From the NCBI RefSeq assembly GCF_035084215.1, contig NC_090351.1:16988001-17052000 (forward strand): a stretch of DNA of 64,000 nucleotides, in the 5' to 3' direction. The stretch is from Heptranchias perlo. Its lineage: Eukaryota. The position numbers were made by a program, and so were the translations under genes. The notes under the pieces were generated by a model, which saw nothing but the letters and a program-made list of their open reading frames with translations, had not been told where the DNA came from and ran no database searches. Shown here in pieces: positions 24,334-37,347 of this stretch. The first letter of the stretch is position 1. Each line of letters opens with the position of its first letter.

Positions 24334-25374
24334 CAGTGGTTGTTGGAGGCCAATCATCTCAGCCTCAGGACATTGCTGCAAGAGTTCCTCAGGGCAGTGT
24401 CTTAGGCCCAGCCATCTTCAGCTGCTTCATCAATGACCTTCCCTCCATCATAAGGTCAGAAATGGGGGTGTTCGCTGATGATTGCACAGTGTTCAGTTCC
24501 ATTCGCAACCCCTCAGATAATGAAGCAGTTCGTGCCCGCATGCAGCAAGATCTGGACACCAACCAGGCTTGGGCTGATAAGTGGCAAGTAACATTCGCAC
24601 CAGACAAGTGCCAGGCAATGATCATCTCCAACAAGAGAGAGTCTAACCACCTCCCCTTGACATTCAACGGCATTACCATCGCCGAATCCCCCACCATCAA
24701 CATCCTGGGGGTCACCATTGACCAGAAACTTAACTGGACCAGCCACATAAATACTGTGGCTACAAGAGCAGGTCAGAGGTTGGGTATTCTGTGATGAGTG
24801 ACTCACCGCCTGACTCCCCAAAGCCTTTCCACCATCTACAAGGCACAAGTCAGGAGTGTGATGGAATACTCTCCACTTGCCTGGATGAGTGCAGCTCCAA
24901 CAACACTCAAGAAGCTCGACACCATCCAGGACAAAGCAGCCCGCTTGATTGGCACCCCATCCACCACCCTAAATATTCATTCCCTTCACCACCGGCGCAC
25001 TGTGGCTGCAGTGTGTACCATCTACAGGATGCACTGCAGCAACTCGCCAAGGCTTCTTCGACAGCACCTCCCAAACCCGTGACCTCTACCACTTAGAAGG
25101 ATAAGGGCAGCAGTCACATGGGAACAACACCACCTGCACGTTCCCCTCCAAGTCACACACCAGTCCGACTTGGAAATATATCGCCGTTCCTTCATCGTCG
25201 CTGGGTCAAAAACCTGGAACTCCCTACCTAACAGTCCTGTAGGAGAACCTTCACCATACTGACTGCAGCAGTTCAAGAAGGTGGCTCACCACCACCTTCT
25301 CAAGGGCAATTAGGGATGGGCAATAAATGCTGGCCTTGCCAGTGACACCCACATCCTATGAACGAATAAAAAAA
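24334..25374 (+). mobile_element. Poly(A)-tailed non-LTR retrotransposon 3' 1 kb (same family as 16566-17154)
   Basis: VPQGSVLGPAIFSCFINDL, FADD, LGVTIDQKLNWTSHI; tail GAACGAATAAAAAAA. Confidence 0.93.
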
Positions 25375-27017
25375 GTCTTTCTGGCACACTCCATTGGGAG
25401 TGAGCAAGAAGGACTGAAAATCAGGTTGGGACCCAGATATGCCATGTTGCTTGCCGAACATTGGGATTTCCACAGGAGGGGGCAGGGCTCGGTACTCCCA
25501 CATCCCCAGCCTCTCAATTGGTGGGGGCAGGATCACCAATCAATACACCTGGTTAGACCAGGTGTCCCAGGCCACCTGAGGGCACATGTGGGCCCTACCT
25601 GAGAATCCGGGCTGGAATTGTGGCTTTGAATCCTAAAGGACAAGCAAGTTTTTTCATTATTATTATTTAAATGCAGCCCCCTTGTACATGGGGCATCTGG
25701 GGCAATCTATACTTCTTTGGAGCAGTCTGATGACCCCCTCCCAACTAGCCAACATTGCACTGCAATTTGTGGTCTCCTCAGAATACGGATGCCCTAGATG
25801 TGCCCCCTGTAATGTGGGCACTCATCAATGGTAGGCTAATTAAAGGACCTCTCCCTGACTTGGCAAAAATTAGCAGGGTCAGCGGCAGAGGTCCCGGGCA
25901 GGTGCATCCTGGGTCTTACATCAGGATGTAACCTCTCACAGATATTTCTCCCTGAAATGCAGCGCACAAGGTTCATTGTATTTCAGTGGGTTCTATTACT
26001 TTCATTTTCAAAGTCTGAGGCACAAGTAAGAAATGACAGTGAAAAGGTTTCAAATGTGGTTTTTTCAAGGGAACATTTAAAATCACTAATAATTGGATTC
26101 TGACAATTAGACTGCCAGATATTAGATGGATGTTTACCAGGCCTTCCCTCTCTGAAATGTCTGGACCATACTTGCATGCCCACCATGAGATCTTCATGAT
26201 CTGATCCCATTCATTAGACTGTCAGCAATCAGTCCCCCCCACCATATACCTGGATCACATGAAAATATGGACACTAGATATTAGGATCAGATATCCCCAC
26301 ACGAGACTGCCATGGATCAGCCTCTCCCATTCTACCAAGGATCAGATGGATGCCTACCCCCCCAAATGCTAAGAACATATCAACCACAAGGCTGCCCAAG
26401 ACTGGTAGATTGCTATTCAAGGAAAAGTCCAGGCTGAAATGACACCAGAGGCTGTTTCTCCTGGGTGTAGTTCTTACCTACTTTGTGTACTGAGCTGATT
26501 CAGAAGTTCTTGTCACTTTCTGTCATTAAGAAACTGATGGCCAAACACTGATAAATGTATGTCATTTTCACCAGAGCGAGTCACCATTTGCAGTAATGGG
26601 CAAAAGATAATTAAATGAAAAGAAAATAAGTCAGAGGAATCATATATACACTATTTGCAGCCTGTCCATATGTCTCAATTGGCATTTGATTATTTTTTGT
26701 AGTTGGTTCTTTTGTTAGAACTTGAACTCTAGCAATTTGATGCTGCCGTTCTCATTCATTTTGTGCTATTCATGATTGTTGTCTGTCTGGCTCATATTCC
26801 ACTTGTCGGTAGACACCAAAGGACAGTCTTTTTCATTTTATTTCTGAAGCATGTGATAGAAATGCGATCACTTCTGGATAATTTAATCAAAAATTCTAAC
26901 ATACTAATCAAACACCTCTGCCCATCAATAAAGATGTGGAGATGCCGGTGATGGACTGGGGTTGACAATTGTAAACAATTTTACAACACCAAGTTATAGT
27001 CCAGCAATTTTATTTTA

Positions 27018-27062
27018 AATTCACAAGCTTTCGGAGATTTTCTCCTTCCTCAGGCAAATGTT
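27018..27062 (-). ncRNA. Minimal type I hammerhead ribozyme motif (mirror copy)
   Basis: Exact reverse complement of 27354-27398. Confidence 0.7.
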
Positions 27063-27353
27063 TCAAGATCTCCTTGAAGCCTACGCATTTATACATATTG
27101 AACAATAATAAATGGTGTTTACAGACTGCCTCTGCAACTGCCCGTTGCCAAGGCAATCACCGTGTTCAGACAGAGAGGTGTTACCTGCAGAACCTCCGAA
27201 TCCTCTGAATGTGTATTCGGAGGTTCTGCAGGTAACACCTCTCTGTCTGAACACGGTGATTGCCTTGGCAACGGGCAGTTGCAGAGGCAGTCTGTAAACA
27301 CCATTTATTATTGTTCAATATGTATAAATGCGTAGGCTTCAAGGAGATCTTGA

Positions 27354-27398
27354 AACATTTGCCTGAGGAAGGAGAAAATCTCCGAAAGCTTGTGAATT
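27354..27398 (+). ncRNA. Minimal type I hammerhead ribozyme motif
   Basis: CTGAGGA (27363-27369), A, stem II GGAGA-AAA-TCTCC, GAAA (27384-27387), palindromic AAGCTT in place of stem III; weak stem I ATTTGC/GTGAAT with two G-U pairs. Confidence 0.7.
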
Positions 27399-28114
27399 TA
27401 AAATAAAATTGCTGGACTATAACTTGGTGTTGTAAAATTGTTTACAATCATCAATAAAGAGATTAAAAGAGAACTCTCCTGAATGCAATTAAGTGTAAAC
27501 AGGGATTGAAAGGTAACTTGGCATTTTAGTTTTCCTATAACAGATGAATTTTCAAGATAGAGAACTAGATTACATTGAAATAATTTAAGTCATATTTTGT
27601 ATTAATTTATTACAAACTTAGAAGAACCAAATTTGCAGATAATTAATATGAAAGATGTAAACTTAATGAATGCCGATAAAGGTTTAGAGTAATAAAGGAC
27701 TAACAACTGTATTTGCTTGATATGAAAAGTGCCAGCATTGAACAACTGCAACAAAGTGTGGATATTTGTCTGTGGTGAGTTTTTATCTTGTTTATCTTAT
27801 TATTAGTACACACAGGGTTAGGAGAGTCAGAGGTAGATATTTTTGACAAGATGGAGACAATTTACATTAGCATTTAGCAGGAAAAAGGGGTCACTTAAGA
27901 TGCATTATTTCTCAGAAGCATTTTATGACACTTTTCTTCTTAGTTGTGCTCTATTTCATTTAAAATTTGGTTACAATCAGGCTACACAGTCTACTTAAGA
28001 TAGTGATTATATTTGGGTGGACAAACATTCCAAGTAATTGTTAGCATATGAATGGTTATTAATGTAATGTAATTAAAAGATACAGTTGTCCACGGTCTTT
28101 TGTTTCAACATAAC

Positions 28115-28445
28115 AACAACTTCAACAACAACTTGCATTTATATAACGCCTTTAACGTAGTAAAACATCTAAAGGCGCTTCACAAGAGCGTTATCAAACA
28201 AAAGTTGACACTGAGCCACATAAGGAGATATTAGGACTGGTGACCAAAAGCTTGGTCAAAGAAGTAAGAGAGGTTTAGGGGGGGGAATTCCAGAGCTTAC
28301 GGCTCGGAGCTTATAGCTGAAGGCACAGCCGCTAATGGTGGGACGATGAAAATCAGAGATGCGCAAGAGACCAGAATTGGAGGAACACAGAGATCTCGGA
28401 GGGTTGTAGGGCTGGAGACAAGGTAGGGTAGGGCGAGGTCATGGA
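28115..28445 (-). mobile_element. L2 LINE 3' end
   Basis: (CAA)n-CTTGCATTTATATAACGCC tail and homology to 6409-6750. Confidence 0.88.
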
Positions 28446-29576
28446 GGAGTTCAAAGGAGTTGCCATCCTTTTTCTGTGGGTAAGCCTATCTAAAATGGCA
28501 GGCTACAATAAGTGTCAGCTTTGCAGCCAGCAGCCAAAGGGTTCTGTGTTTTAAGCTTTGTGCCATGCCAGCAAGGAAGCTGGGACAGACTGAAGCTACA
28601 GCAAGTAAACTTCTGACAGAAAGCGAATAGTGTCTTTATTGTTTTATTTATTAAGAAGGATAGTAGTGTTTTATACCATGTACTGCTCATTCACCCACTT
28701 TGTTTAAATAAAACCATTTGTTGGTTCAGAGTCTGAGTCTTGGTCTGGTAAGAGTGTATATTTAGACTGCTTCACGAGGAGAGGAGAATCATGTGGTGGT
28801 ACATGATACACTCCAGTAGCCCATGCACAGAGTAAGGGTTCTCTGTTATGATCCCGCTATCATTTACCAAAATATTAGGCTGATTTAGATATGCTCCAAG
28901 ATCATAGGGGACACAGTTCCGTTTACAGGAGTAATGGTGACTGTGTCAGTAAGCCTAAGAAAATATCTGGGGTGAAGTGGCAAAACGTGACAAACATCAA
29001 ACATTGGAAATCAGTGCATTAGTAATTATATTGGGCCTGAAATTGCTGGGAAGTCGCGCCATAATAATGACGCTTTAATGGCATGTGCCATTATTTAATC
29101 ATAAAAAAATCCATCAATTTGCCGAGCAACTGAGATACGCCATGAGTTGTGATCCTCTGTAATTTGCTGAACCATTTATGTGGCTCCACTGATAGGCTCG
29201 CCTTAGCCATTAAGATTTCTTTCATGCCGCTTGGGCCACTGTTCAAGGCAATGGCGATTGTGAATCTGCTGTATTTATGCCATTATTCTGTATTAATTGT
29301 GCCGTAGCCAATTAAGGCTGGAAATTAATGACATGAGTGACCTGGTAATGATGTGATTTATGGCCCTCATCTGATGCACAACCTGGAAGGTCAAAAAAGG
29401 GAACATTGCAACTGTGGAGTCTCACTCTAGCATCTGGAAATTGTTCTTAGAGGTTTTTATTTTTTCTCTCTCTGTTTTGACAGTCTTTTCTTGCCAGAGT
29501 CCTGTTATCATTGGAAGGCAATGATTTTCAGGGCCCAGAGCTCTTTCTACATTCATAAGAAAGTGAAAGCATTGCA

Positions 29577-30713
29577 ATGACCTATCCACTCGGTATTCCA
29601 CTATTATTGATCATCATGGACGACATAGAGGAGCAGCAGAGGAAGCAGGAGCATCGAATGAGGCACCATGGCTGGAGGGTGAACAGATATCACTACTATA
29701 ACCCCTCTAGAGTGTATAGGGAATGGGTGTCTTTTGAGGCACTGTCGGAGGAACTCCGTGTTCACAAACTGCGCTTCAGCACGGAAGCTATTGACCGCCT
29801 GTATGAAATGCTCCATGAGGTCCTGAGGCCACGGTCTACCTCCTGCAGGGCCTTGTCAGTGGCAATGAAGGTGATGATGTCCCTCAATTTCTATGGGTGC
29901 AATTCCTTCTAGGCAAGCACTGTAACATCAGCCAAGATGCCATGAGGACTTGCATTCACAGGTCACACATGCCCTATTTCGCAGGTACAGGGAACATGTT
30001 GTACTTCTCATTAAGTACAACATGTCTCTTGCGCAGCAAAGGGGCAGGTCCATCAATTTCCATAGGATTGCTAGCTTCCGCAGGGTACAGGGGGCCAGTG
30101 GTGGGACCCATGTGTTGCTGAAGGCTCCACTTGATGAACCGGTCACATTTATCAATAGGAAAGGTTATCATTCCCTCAATGTCCTAATTATCTGTGATGC
30201 CCAATGGAGGATCCTGCTCGTTAACGCAGAGCATCAGGGAAGCGCTCATTTTGCCTTTGTTCTTTGCCACTCCAACATCCATGACTTGTTCAGCAGTGAG
30301 GGAGAAGGAGGTGGATGGATTGTAGGGGACAAGGCTTACCCACTGAAGCCATGGCTGATAACACCCTTCTGCCTAACCAAAAACGCAGCACAGGCAAGGT
30401 ACAACTATGTACACATCTCAACCTGGCAAGTGCTGGAGAGGACAATTGAGTTGCTTAAATCACAATTTCAGTGCCTGGACAGGTTCTATAGCATTTCACT
30501 AGCAAAGTGGCAAAGATTGTAGTGGTCTGCTGTGCACTGCACAACTTTGCCCTGCAGGAAGGACTGACACTTAACTCAGCAGACAAGATGCCTGTGGAGC
30601 CAGAGGATCCTGACCCTGGGTCCGTGGGTGGTGGCATCCCGGAGGAAGGCATGGCGGCAGTGGCCAGGGTGGCCAGACAGCAGCTGGTAGCTCAGGTATT
30701 TGGACAATGGTAG
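29577..30713 (+). pseudogene. HARBI1-like DDE transposase, frameshifted
   Basis: Three consecutive ORFs (29577-29912, 29950-30522, 30507-30713): RVYRE..LRFS..ALSVAMKV, VQGASGGTHV, FINRKGYHSLNVLIICD, GSAHFAF, GDKAYPLKPWLITP, YN..H..VLERTIELLKSQFQCLD, IVVVCCALHNFA. The GAIDGTH and GS.HD aspartates are substituted. Confidence 0.93.
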
Positions 30714-31450
30714 GGAGGCTCCTGGCCAGGAGAGAAAGCAAAAGGCTTTGACACTCACCTGATGGCGTCAATATGGCTCCAACCTCGGCACGGCCTACAG
30801 TCGCTGCACCATGGTATCCTTGTGACTGCGGGGCCCTATCCTTGTGAGGCTTTAAATTCTTCGGGAAGGGCATCTCACCTCCTGACTGTGCCCACTCCTG
30901 CGTGTTATGTGCCAACTTGCCTTGCGGGGAGTAAACAGAGAGAACGTTACTTGCGTTGCTTAGTTTGAGAGGCTTCTTTTCACACATTGGAATCTTTTCT
31001 TCAGCAGAAAGAAAGCTGTCAAATTCATCAACTGGCTACTGTGAAGAGGCTGTCTCCCACGGCAACTGACTTTTACCACTTACTTGCCTTTGGGTTCTGA
31101 GAAGGACTTATGTGCACAACTGAGCTATTATTAAAGTTATTTTTGTTTGGTTCTCCGCTCCCTCAGCGCTTGAAGAAAAAGTGCAGTATTGGGTTTCAGT
31201 GGGTAGTGATGAGATGAGGACGATTTCCTAATTACTACCCCAGAATTTGAAAACTCTATTAAAGCAACCCCTCCAGTGTGAATAAGTTGATGATCTCCTG
31301 ATTGCTGGCATGAGAAGAGAATCTTGTGTGGTGAAAGCTAGGTTCTGCCTTGAACAAACAGACAGAAAAGCAACTAACCTTCCCCCACTCTTCAAGTACT
31401 GAAAGAAGGATAATTGTCGTCTAATGTTTCAGAAAAAGAAGACAACCTAC

Positions 31451-31692
31451 CTTGCTTATCCTGGTCAGGTCATTTTATTTCTTGCGACATTGGTCCCCCA
31501 TTCGTGGGACAGTCAACGTTGCGCTCAGGGTCTCCGCCACCTCCCACCGTGGCACCTGACCTGTTTTGCGGTGTGCCCTTGCCCTCGCAGTCTGCACCAA
31601 CCACTCTTGCCTCCTCTTTACTTTGCCCAAGAGGGCTTGGAGGTCCTCATCGTGGAAATTTTGGGCGTTTTTCTTGTGTCGTCTTGCGACAT
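31451..31692 (-). pseudogene. Harbinger Myb/SANT-like protein exon 1 (not in the ORF track)
   Basis: Hand translation of the minus strand: MSQDD.. /frameshift/ AQNFHDEDLQALLGKVKRRQEWL...RWEVAETLSATLTVPRMGDQCRKK*NDLTRISK, then donor GTAGGT. Confidence 0.85.
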
Positions 31693-32399
31693 TTCTGTGG
31701 AAAAGTCTCTATGTAAAACATTGTAAATTACATTTTGAAAGGTTTTAAAATGCTTTTTAAAATGTTATTAACATTATAAAGTTGATTTAAGGTAATTTCT
31801 GAAGTTGCAGTGCCACGCCTCAATCTGAGTTATGGCGTCTGTTTTCAACTTTTTCAAGTGTCATTTGGTTGGTCTGAGAGATAGGCCATTGGGCACGCTG
31901 TCCACGTGGTCCCTGATTCGTCATTGACCTCGCCGCGCCATTAATGGATCGACGTTCCAGCCATTTGCGGCGCAAATATAGTGCAATGTTAACGGGGAGC
32001 TCAAAAGTCCAACTGACAGCGTTCACCGCCAAACCCGCCATTGCAGCAATTTCAGGCTCAATGTTTTAAGGCTTGTAAAACCAACAAAGTGTTTCAGTTG
32101 TTTCCAGTGGACCATTCCCTAAATGTTTGTTGTATTTAGGTCCATCAACATATACGGTGAGATAAAGCTGAATATGGCAATTTTACTAACTAAGGCTCCA
32201 TTGCTGTTTAGAGTTTGACGTATTTAGTTTTTCTCAGTACTGAATGTTCTTCCTGCCTGAAGTAAATCATTTTTAAACATTAATAAAAACTTTAAATTGG
32301 GTAAAACTAAATGGTCAAACTCATATGCTAAAACCTCTTGCAAGATATTTCACAAGATTTTTAAATAGAGGAAATCACAATGGCACATTCAGTGATGCA

Positions 32400-33260
32400 G
32401 CAGTAGGAGACAGAGAGTTGGGATAAAAGAAACATTCTTGGATTGACAGTCAGTGACAAATGGTGTCTCCTAGGGATCAGTGCTAGAGTACCAGCTTTTC
32501 ATTCTATATATAAATGACCTGCATTTGAAAATAGAAGGGATCAGTTGAATATTTACTAGGTCCTCCCTGTCTAGAATGTGTAGACCATATAAGAGTGCAG
32601 ACACTCACCTACACATCCACCATTAGACATAAGTTTACAGAAAATACTAATCTAAAAGGTATAATGAAATACATAATGTAAAAGCAAGGAAGCACTGCTG
32701 AAGTTATACAGACTGCTAGTAAGACCACATCTGTAATATTGTGTACAGGTTTGGGTACTCTACATTGGGAAGGACATACTGGCCTTGGTGAAATTTCAGC
32801 AATAATTTAAGAGGATACCTGGAAAGAAGGGACTTAGCTATAATGAGAAACTGGCTAAACTTGAGGTATAGGCCCTGGTGATGAAGAGGTTATGGGGTTA
32901 TTTATTAAAATGTTTAAAATAATGAAAGGCATTGACAAGGTAGATTGAGAACAACTCTTCCCTTTAGTAGGGGAATCGAGAACAAGGGGGCATAATCTTA
33001 AAATTGAAATTTAGCCACTTACAAGTGAAACCAGAAAAAAAATGTTCACACAAAGGTTTGTGAAAATGTAGAATGTACATTTTACATCCCCAAATACCAT
33101 AGATACAGAATCAATTGAAATATTTAAAAAGGATGTGGATATTAAGTGAAAGCATTAAGGGATATAGAAACAAAGTGGGAAATTAAGATTAAAAAGATGA
33201 AACTCCCAGAGCTCACAAAATGGTGCAGCAGGCTGGATAGGTCAAATTATGTAGTCCCTT
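32400..33260 (+). mobile_element. Old degenerate CR1 RT/3' fragment
   Basis: Remnants of RRQRVGI, GVS.GSVL, IYINDL, LLKLY..LVRPHL, FKIMKGIDKVD, SRTRGHNLKI with many stops. Confidence 0.75.
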
Positions 33261-35409
33261 CCAATTACATGTCATATAGTTACTGATTGTCTCTGCCTAT
33301 ATAATTGTTTAAATTTATATAAAGTTTAAGCAAAGTCTAACATTAAAAAGTGAAAACTATAAACTCTAATTTTTGTCCACTGACCAACATGGTGAACACT
33401 GAATGGAATTTTTGGAATAAACTGTTTCTGGCTGTTTTTAGAACTGAGCTTACCCCTAAACTCCCCAATGTGGTGACAGGCCGCTGTCAGAGGTAATTTA
33501 GTTATTCTTCTGTTGTATTGATAAATGTGAATCTATTTTTTTCTATATAGACATATCATTTTTTGTCTCTCATGCAGTGTTCTCTTCAGATATATAATTT
33601 ATGTGTAGATATTAACTTTCTGCAGAGGTTGATTTCTGTTTTATGAACTTGGGTGTGTCAGATTCTGAAGAGATATCCTTTACTTACACATACATCACAT
33701 ATTCCACCGTACTGGATAAAGGCTACAACATTGGAAGAGTAGTTTTGTTTGTGGTCCGTGTACCAATTGGACACTAATGGGGTGAATTTGCATGGTATGA
33801 TTATAGTATACAAATATATTAATATATTCATATGAAATCGGCCTGCCCACTACTTGACAAAGATGCCAATCCATTGAAAATAGATTTTTGTTAGAATAGT
33901 AGACAAATAAATTTCATGTAAACATATTTACCTGTTTCTATGCAATTATTGTACAGCACAGTTTCACCCTAGAAGTATATTTTCCTCTGATTGTATAATG
34001 AAGTGGAAGTTTCGTAAACTAATTTTAACTGTACATACAAATCAGAATACATCCCTTCAAATCTATCCACTTCCCAATGAAAAAGGCAGTATTTCTTTTG
34101 CTGGAGTTGTATTACATTTCCCAAGTACTTTTGTTTAAAAGAAACCTTAAGGCTCAATTAAATAATCATGATTACTTGCTGAGCTCAATTAAATCAGGAC
34201 AATGTTTATTTTATGGGACTGTAAACAGGGCAGTAACTTTTATTTTACTCACGACTATTTTTGGATATATTTTCAATATACATTCTGGTTGTAATTTAAC
34301 ATGGACTGTGAAAGACATGTTAACTCTTCAACCCGCCCGCCTGCTCCACACTGGAACAGGATTAGGGTTTTGCTGTCAAATCTCCCTTGTTTCCTGGCTA
34401 CCCACTCCATTTAATCCTGCTGTCAGATGGGAGATTGTGCAGATGTGCCATGCACTCCTGCACAGTTTGTTTTTCCAGAGACTGCTTTTTGTCTTTTACA
34501 CATACTAACTATACAATAATGTAGTCTAAAGGGTGGACATTGAGTAGTGTTAAATCCCTATCCAGTGGCAGTGGTCCAAAAACAACAGACTAAATCAATC
34601 AGCACACCTCTTTCCAAATCCTCCACTTCCTATAGCCTTCATAGAACTTGGTACTTGCTCCAATCTTAGTTATCCTATAAGTTCTATTGACCTATTTACT
34701 GTTAATAGTTGAGAGGTCTTGCTCCAATTAGTTCCAAATTGGCCTTTAGGCTAGTTTGTCAGAAATATATGCCCCCCCTGTAAACAGTCCTTGACTCGGG
34801 CAGATTCAATGTTAACTGTTGCTATTATGGAACCCTTTCCAAATACCCTCACTGAGCAGAAAAATAAAGTAATCACGTATATGGCTAGCAAACCTTAGTT
34901 CCCAGCAGGGGTTCAAATTCATCACATATTGATGCTTAATTTTGACAGAGAAAGCAGTCTATAAAACTAAATCAAGAGATGAATAGATTGGTTTGTGGTA
35001 TAATGTAGCAGTATTAAAAAGTCTCTTTCTAATGGGATCTGTTTTCTGTCACACAATGATAATTTTTGTTGAACTGCTTCAGTGAAATGTAATAAAAGGT
35101 ATCATTGCTTAACAGATATTTGCAGTTGTTTATAAGCATCATAAAACACATGTATATGACAGAAATTACCATTTTAAGCAGTTATGACTTGGAGAAGTCT
35201 AATGGACCAATCTACAGTCTGAACTTCAATCATTTATTATTTTAAGCTGTATTGAAAAACCAACAATAAGAAGGATTGAAATGAAAGGTTGCCTGGCTTT
35301 TAAACTTCATTGAATGATTCATAAACATTATTGGACTGGTTTTAAGTTAACCTAATGCCAATTGGACTGATAGAATATTGGACAGAAACTCTTCACACCA
35401 CAGGCATCT

Positions 35410-36930
35410 GATTCAGAACAGATCTAGCAGCTCAAAACTAGGCATCCATGAGGCGCGGTGGGCCTTCAGCAGCAGCAGAATTGTATTCCAGCACAATCTG
35501 TAACCGCATGGACCAGCATATTCCTCATTGTACCATTACCAACAAGCCAGGGGATCAACCCTGGTTCAATGAGGAGTGTAGAAGAGCATGCCAGGAGCAG
35601 CACCAGGCGGACCTAAAAATGAGGTGCCAACCTGGTGAAGCTACAACACAGGACTACATGCATGCTAAACAGCAGAAGTAACATGCTATAGACAAAGCTA
35701 AGTGATTCCACAACCAACAGATCAGATCAAAGCTCTGCAGTCCTGCCACATCCAGTCGTGAATGGTGGTGGACAATTAAACAACTAACGGAAGGAGGAGG
35801 CTCCATGAACATCCCCATCCTCAATGATGGCAGAGTCCAGCACGTGAGTGCAAAAGACAAGGCTGAAGCGTTTGCAACCACCTTCAGCCAGATGTGCTGA
35901 GTGGATGATCCATCTCGGCCTCCTCCTGATAACCTCACCATCACAGAAGCCAGTCTTCAGCCAATTCGATTCACTCCATGTGATATCAAGAAACGGCTGA
36001 GTGTACTGGATACAGCAAAACCTATGGGCCCTGACAACATCCCGACTTTATTGCTAAAGACTTGTACTCCAGAACTAGCTGCGCCTCTAGCCAAGCTGTT
36101 CCAGTACAGCTACAACACTGGCGTCTACCCGACAATGTGGAAAATTGCCCAGGTATGGCGTGTCCACAAAAAGCAGGACAAATCCAATCCGGCCAATTAC
36201 CACCCCATCAGTCTACTCTCAATCATCAGCAAAGTGATGGAAGGTGTTGTTGACAGAGATATCAAGCGGCACTTACGCACCAATAACCTGCTGACCGATG
36301 CTCAGTTTTGGTTCCGCCAGGACCACTCAGCTCCAGACCTCATTACAGCCTTGGTCCAAACATGGACAAAAGAGTTGAATTCTAGAGGTGAGGTGAGAGT
36401 GACTGCCCTTGACATCAAGGCAGCATTTGACCGAGTATGGCACCAAGGAACCCTAGTAAAATTGAAGTCAATGGGAATCGGGGGAAAACTCTCCAGTGGC
36501 TGGAGTTATACCTAGCACAAAGGAAGATGGTAGTGGTTGTTGGAGGCCAATCATCTCAGCCCCAGGACATTACTGCAGGAGTTCCTCAGAGCAATGTCCT
36601 TGGCCCAACCATCTTCAGCTGCTTCATCAATGACCTTCTCTCCATCATAAGATCAGAAATGGGGATGTTTGCTGATGATTGCACAGTGTTCAGTTCCATT
36701 CACAACCCCTCAGATAATGAAGCAGTCTGTGCCCGCATGCAGCAAGACCTGGACAACATCCAGGCTTGGGCTCATAAGTGGCAAGTAACATTCGCGCCAA
36801 ACAAGTGCCTGGCAATGACCATCTCCAACAAGAGAGAGTCTAACCACCTCACCTTCAATGGCATTACCATCGCCGAATCCCCCACCATCAAGATCCTGGG
36901 GGTCACCATTGACCAGAAACTTAACTGGAC
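35410..36930 (+). mobile_element. Internal ORF2/RT segment of the poly(A)-tailed non-LTR family
   Basis: PWFNEECRRA, GPDNIP, NPANYHPISLLS, DAQFWFR, ALDIKAAFDRVWHQG, GVPQSNVLGP, FADD; truncated at both ends. Confidence 0.92.
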
Positions 36931-37347
36931 CTTTGCTCAAAAAACTATTTAGCAGTTTCCAACATGCACCCACTTCTAAATTTTGGAGAAAGGAAGTGCT
37001 GCGAGATGCATATCAAATGAATTCTGGGATTTGGTTGCCTAGGAAACTGCTAAAGCTAATTGGTTCTTACGGGAAAAACGTTGCAATGTTCTTTTAAATT
37101 GTTGCAGCTGGCAAATGACACTTACAATAATGAACAATTTCTACCCTCTTTGTTCAGCAGGTATGTCCGAGCACTAAGGAGGCCTACATGCTTTTACATT
37201 TTGGAACCCAAATACCAGAAAAAAAAATCTCGTTTTCATATTGATTGTCCACGAATATTTATTAAGGAAATGTAGAGTACAGGACAAATTAAGCAGAATT
37301 ACTATTTTAAAGTCTTTTAAATCAAACAAAAAGTGTTCGCAGAGGCG

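Larger units (their letters stand above)
26935..27448. mobile_element. Penelope-like element terminal-repeat insertion in inverted (fold-back) arrangement
   Basis: 12-bp TSD CATCAATAAAGA (26923-26934, 27449-27460); perfect arms 26968-27201 and 27215-27448 around a 13-nt spacer; hammerhead motif and AATAAA in each arm. Confidence 0.85.
29033..32059. mobile_element. PIF/Harbinger transposon, near full-length two-gene fossil
   Basis: 16-bp TIRs GGGCCTGAAATTGCTG / CAGCAATTTCAGGCTC (1 mismatch); flanks ATT and AAT (imperfect 3-bp TSD); convergent transposase and Myb/SANT genes. Confidence 0.9.

Noticed and set aside
27112-27304. Twin 61-aa Cys-containing ORFs on opposite strands
   Set aside because: A direct consequence of the inverted repeat; no recognisable protein.
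27544-27780. Exon-like segment between an acceptor-like TTTTCCTATAACAG and GTGAGT
   Set aside because: The frames I translated hit stops; could be non-coding but cannot be supported without transcripts.
29577-30713. Domesticated host HARBI1 gene
   Set aside because: Frameshifts, lost conserved aspartates and enclosing TIRs show it is a dead transposon copy.
33627-33778. Open frame EVDFCFMNLG...VPIGH after an acceptor-like site
   Set aside because: Short, not similar to anything I recognise, and compatible with chance.
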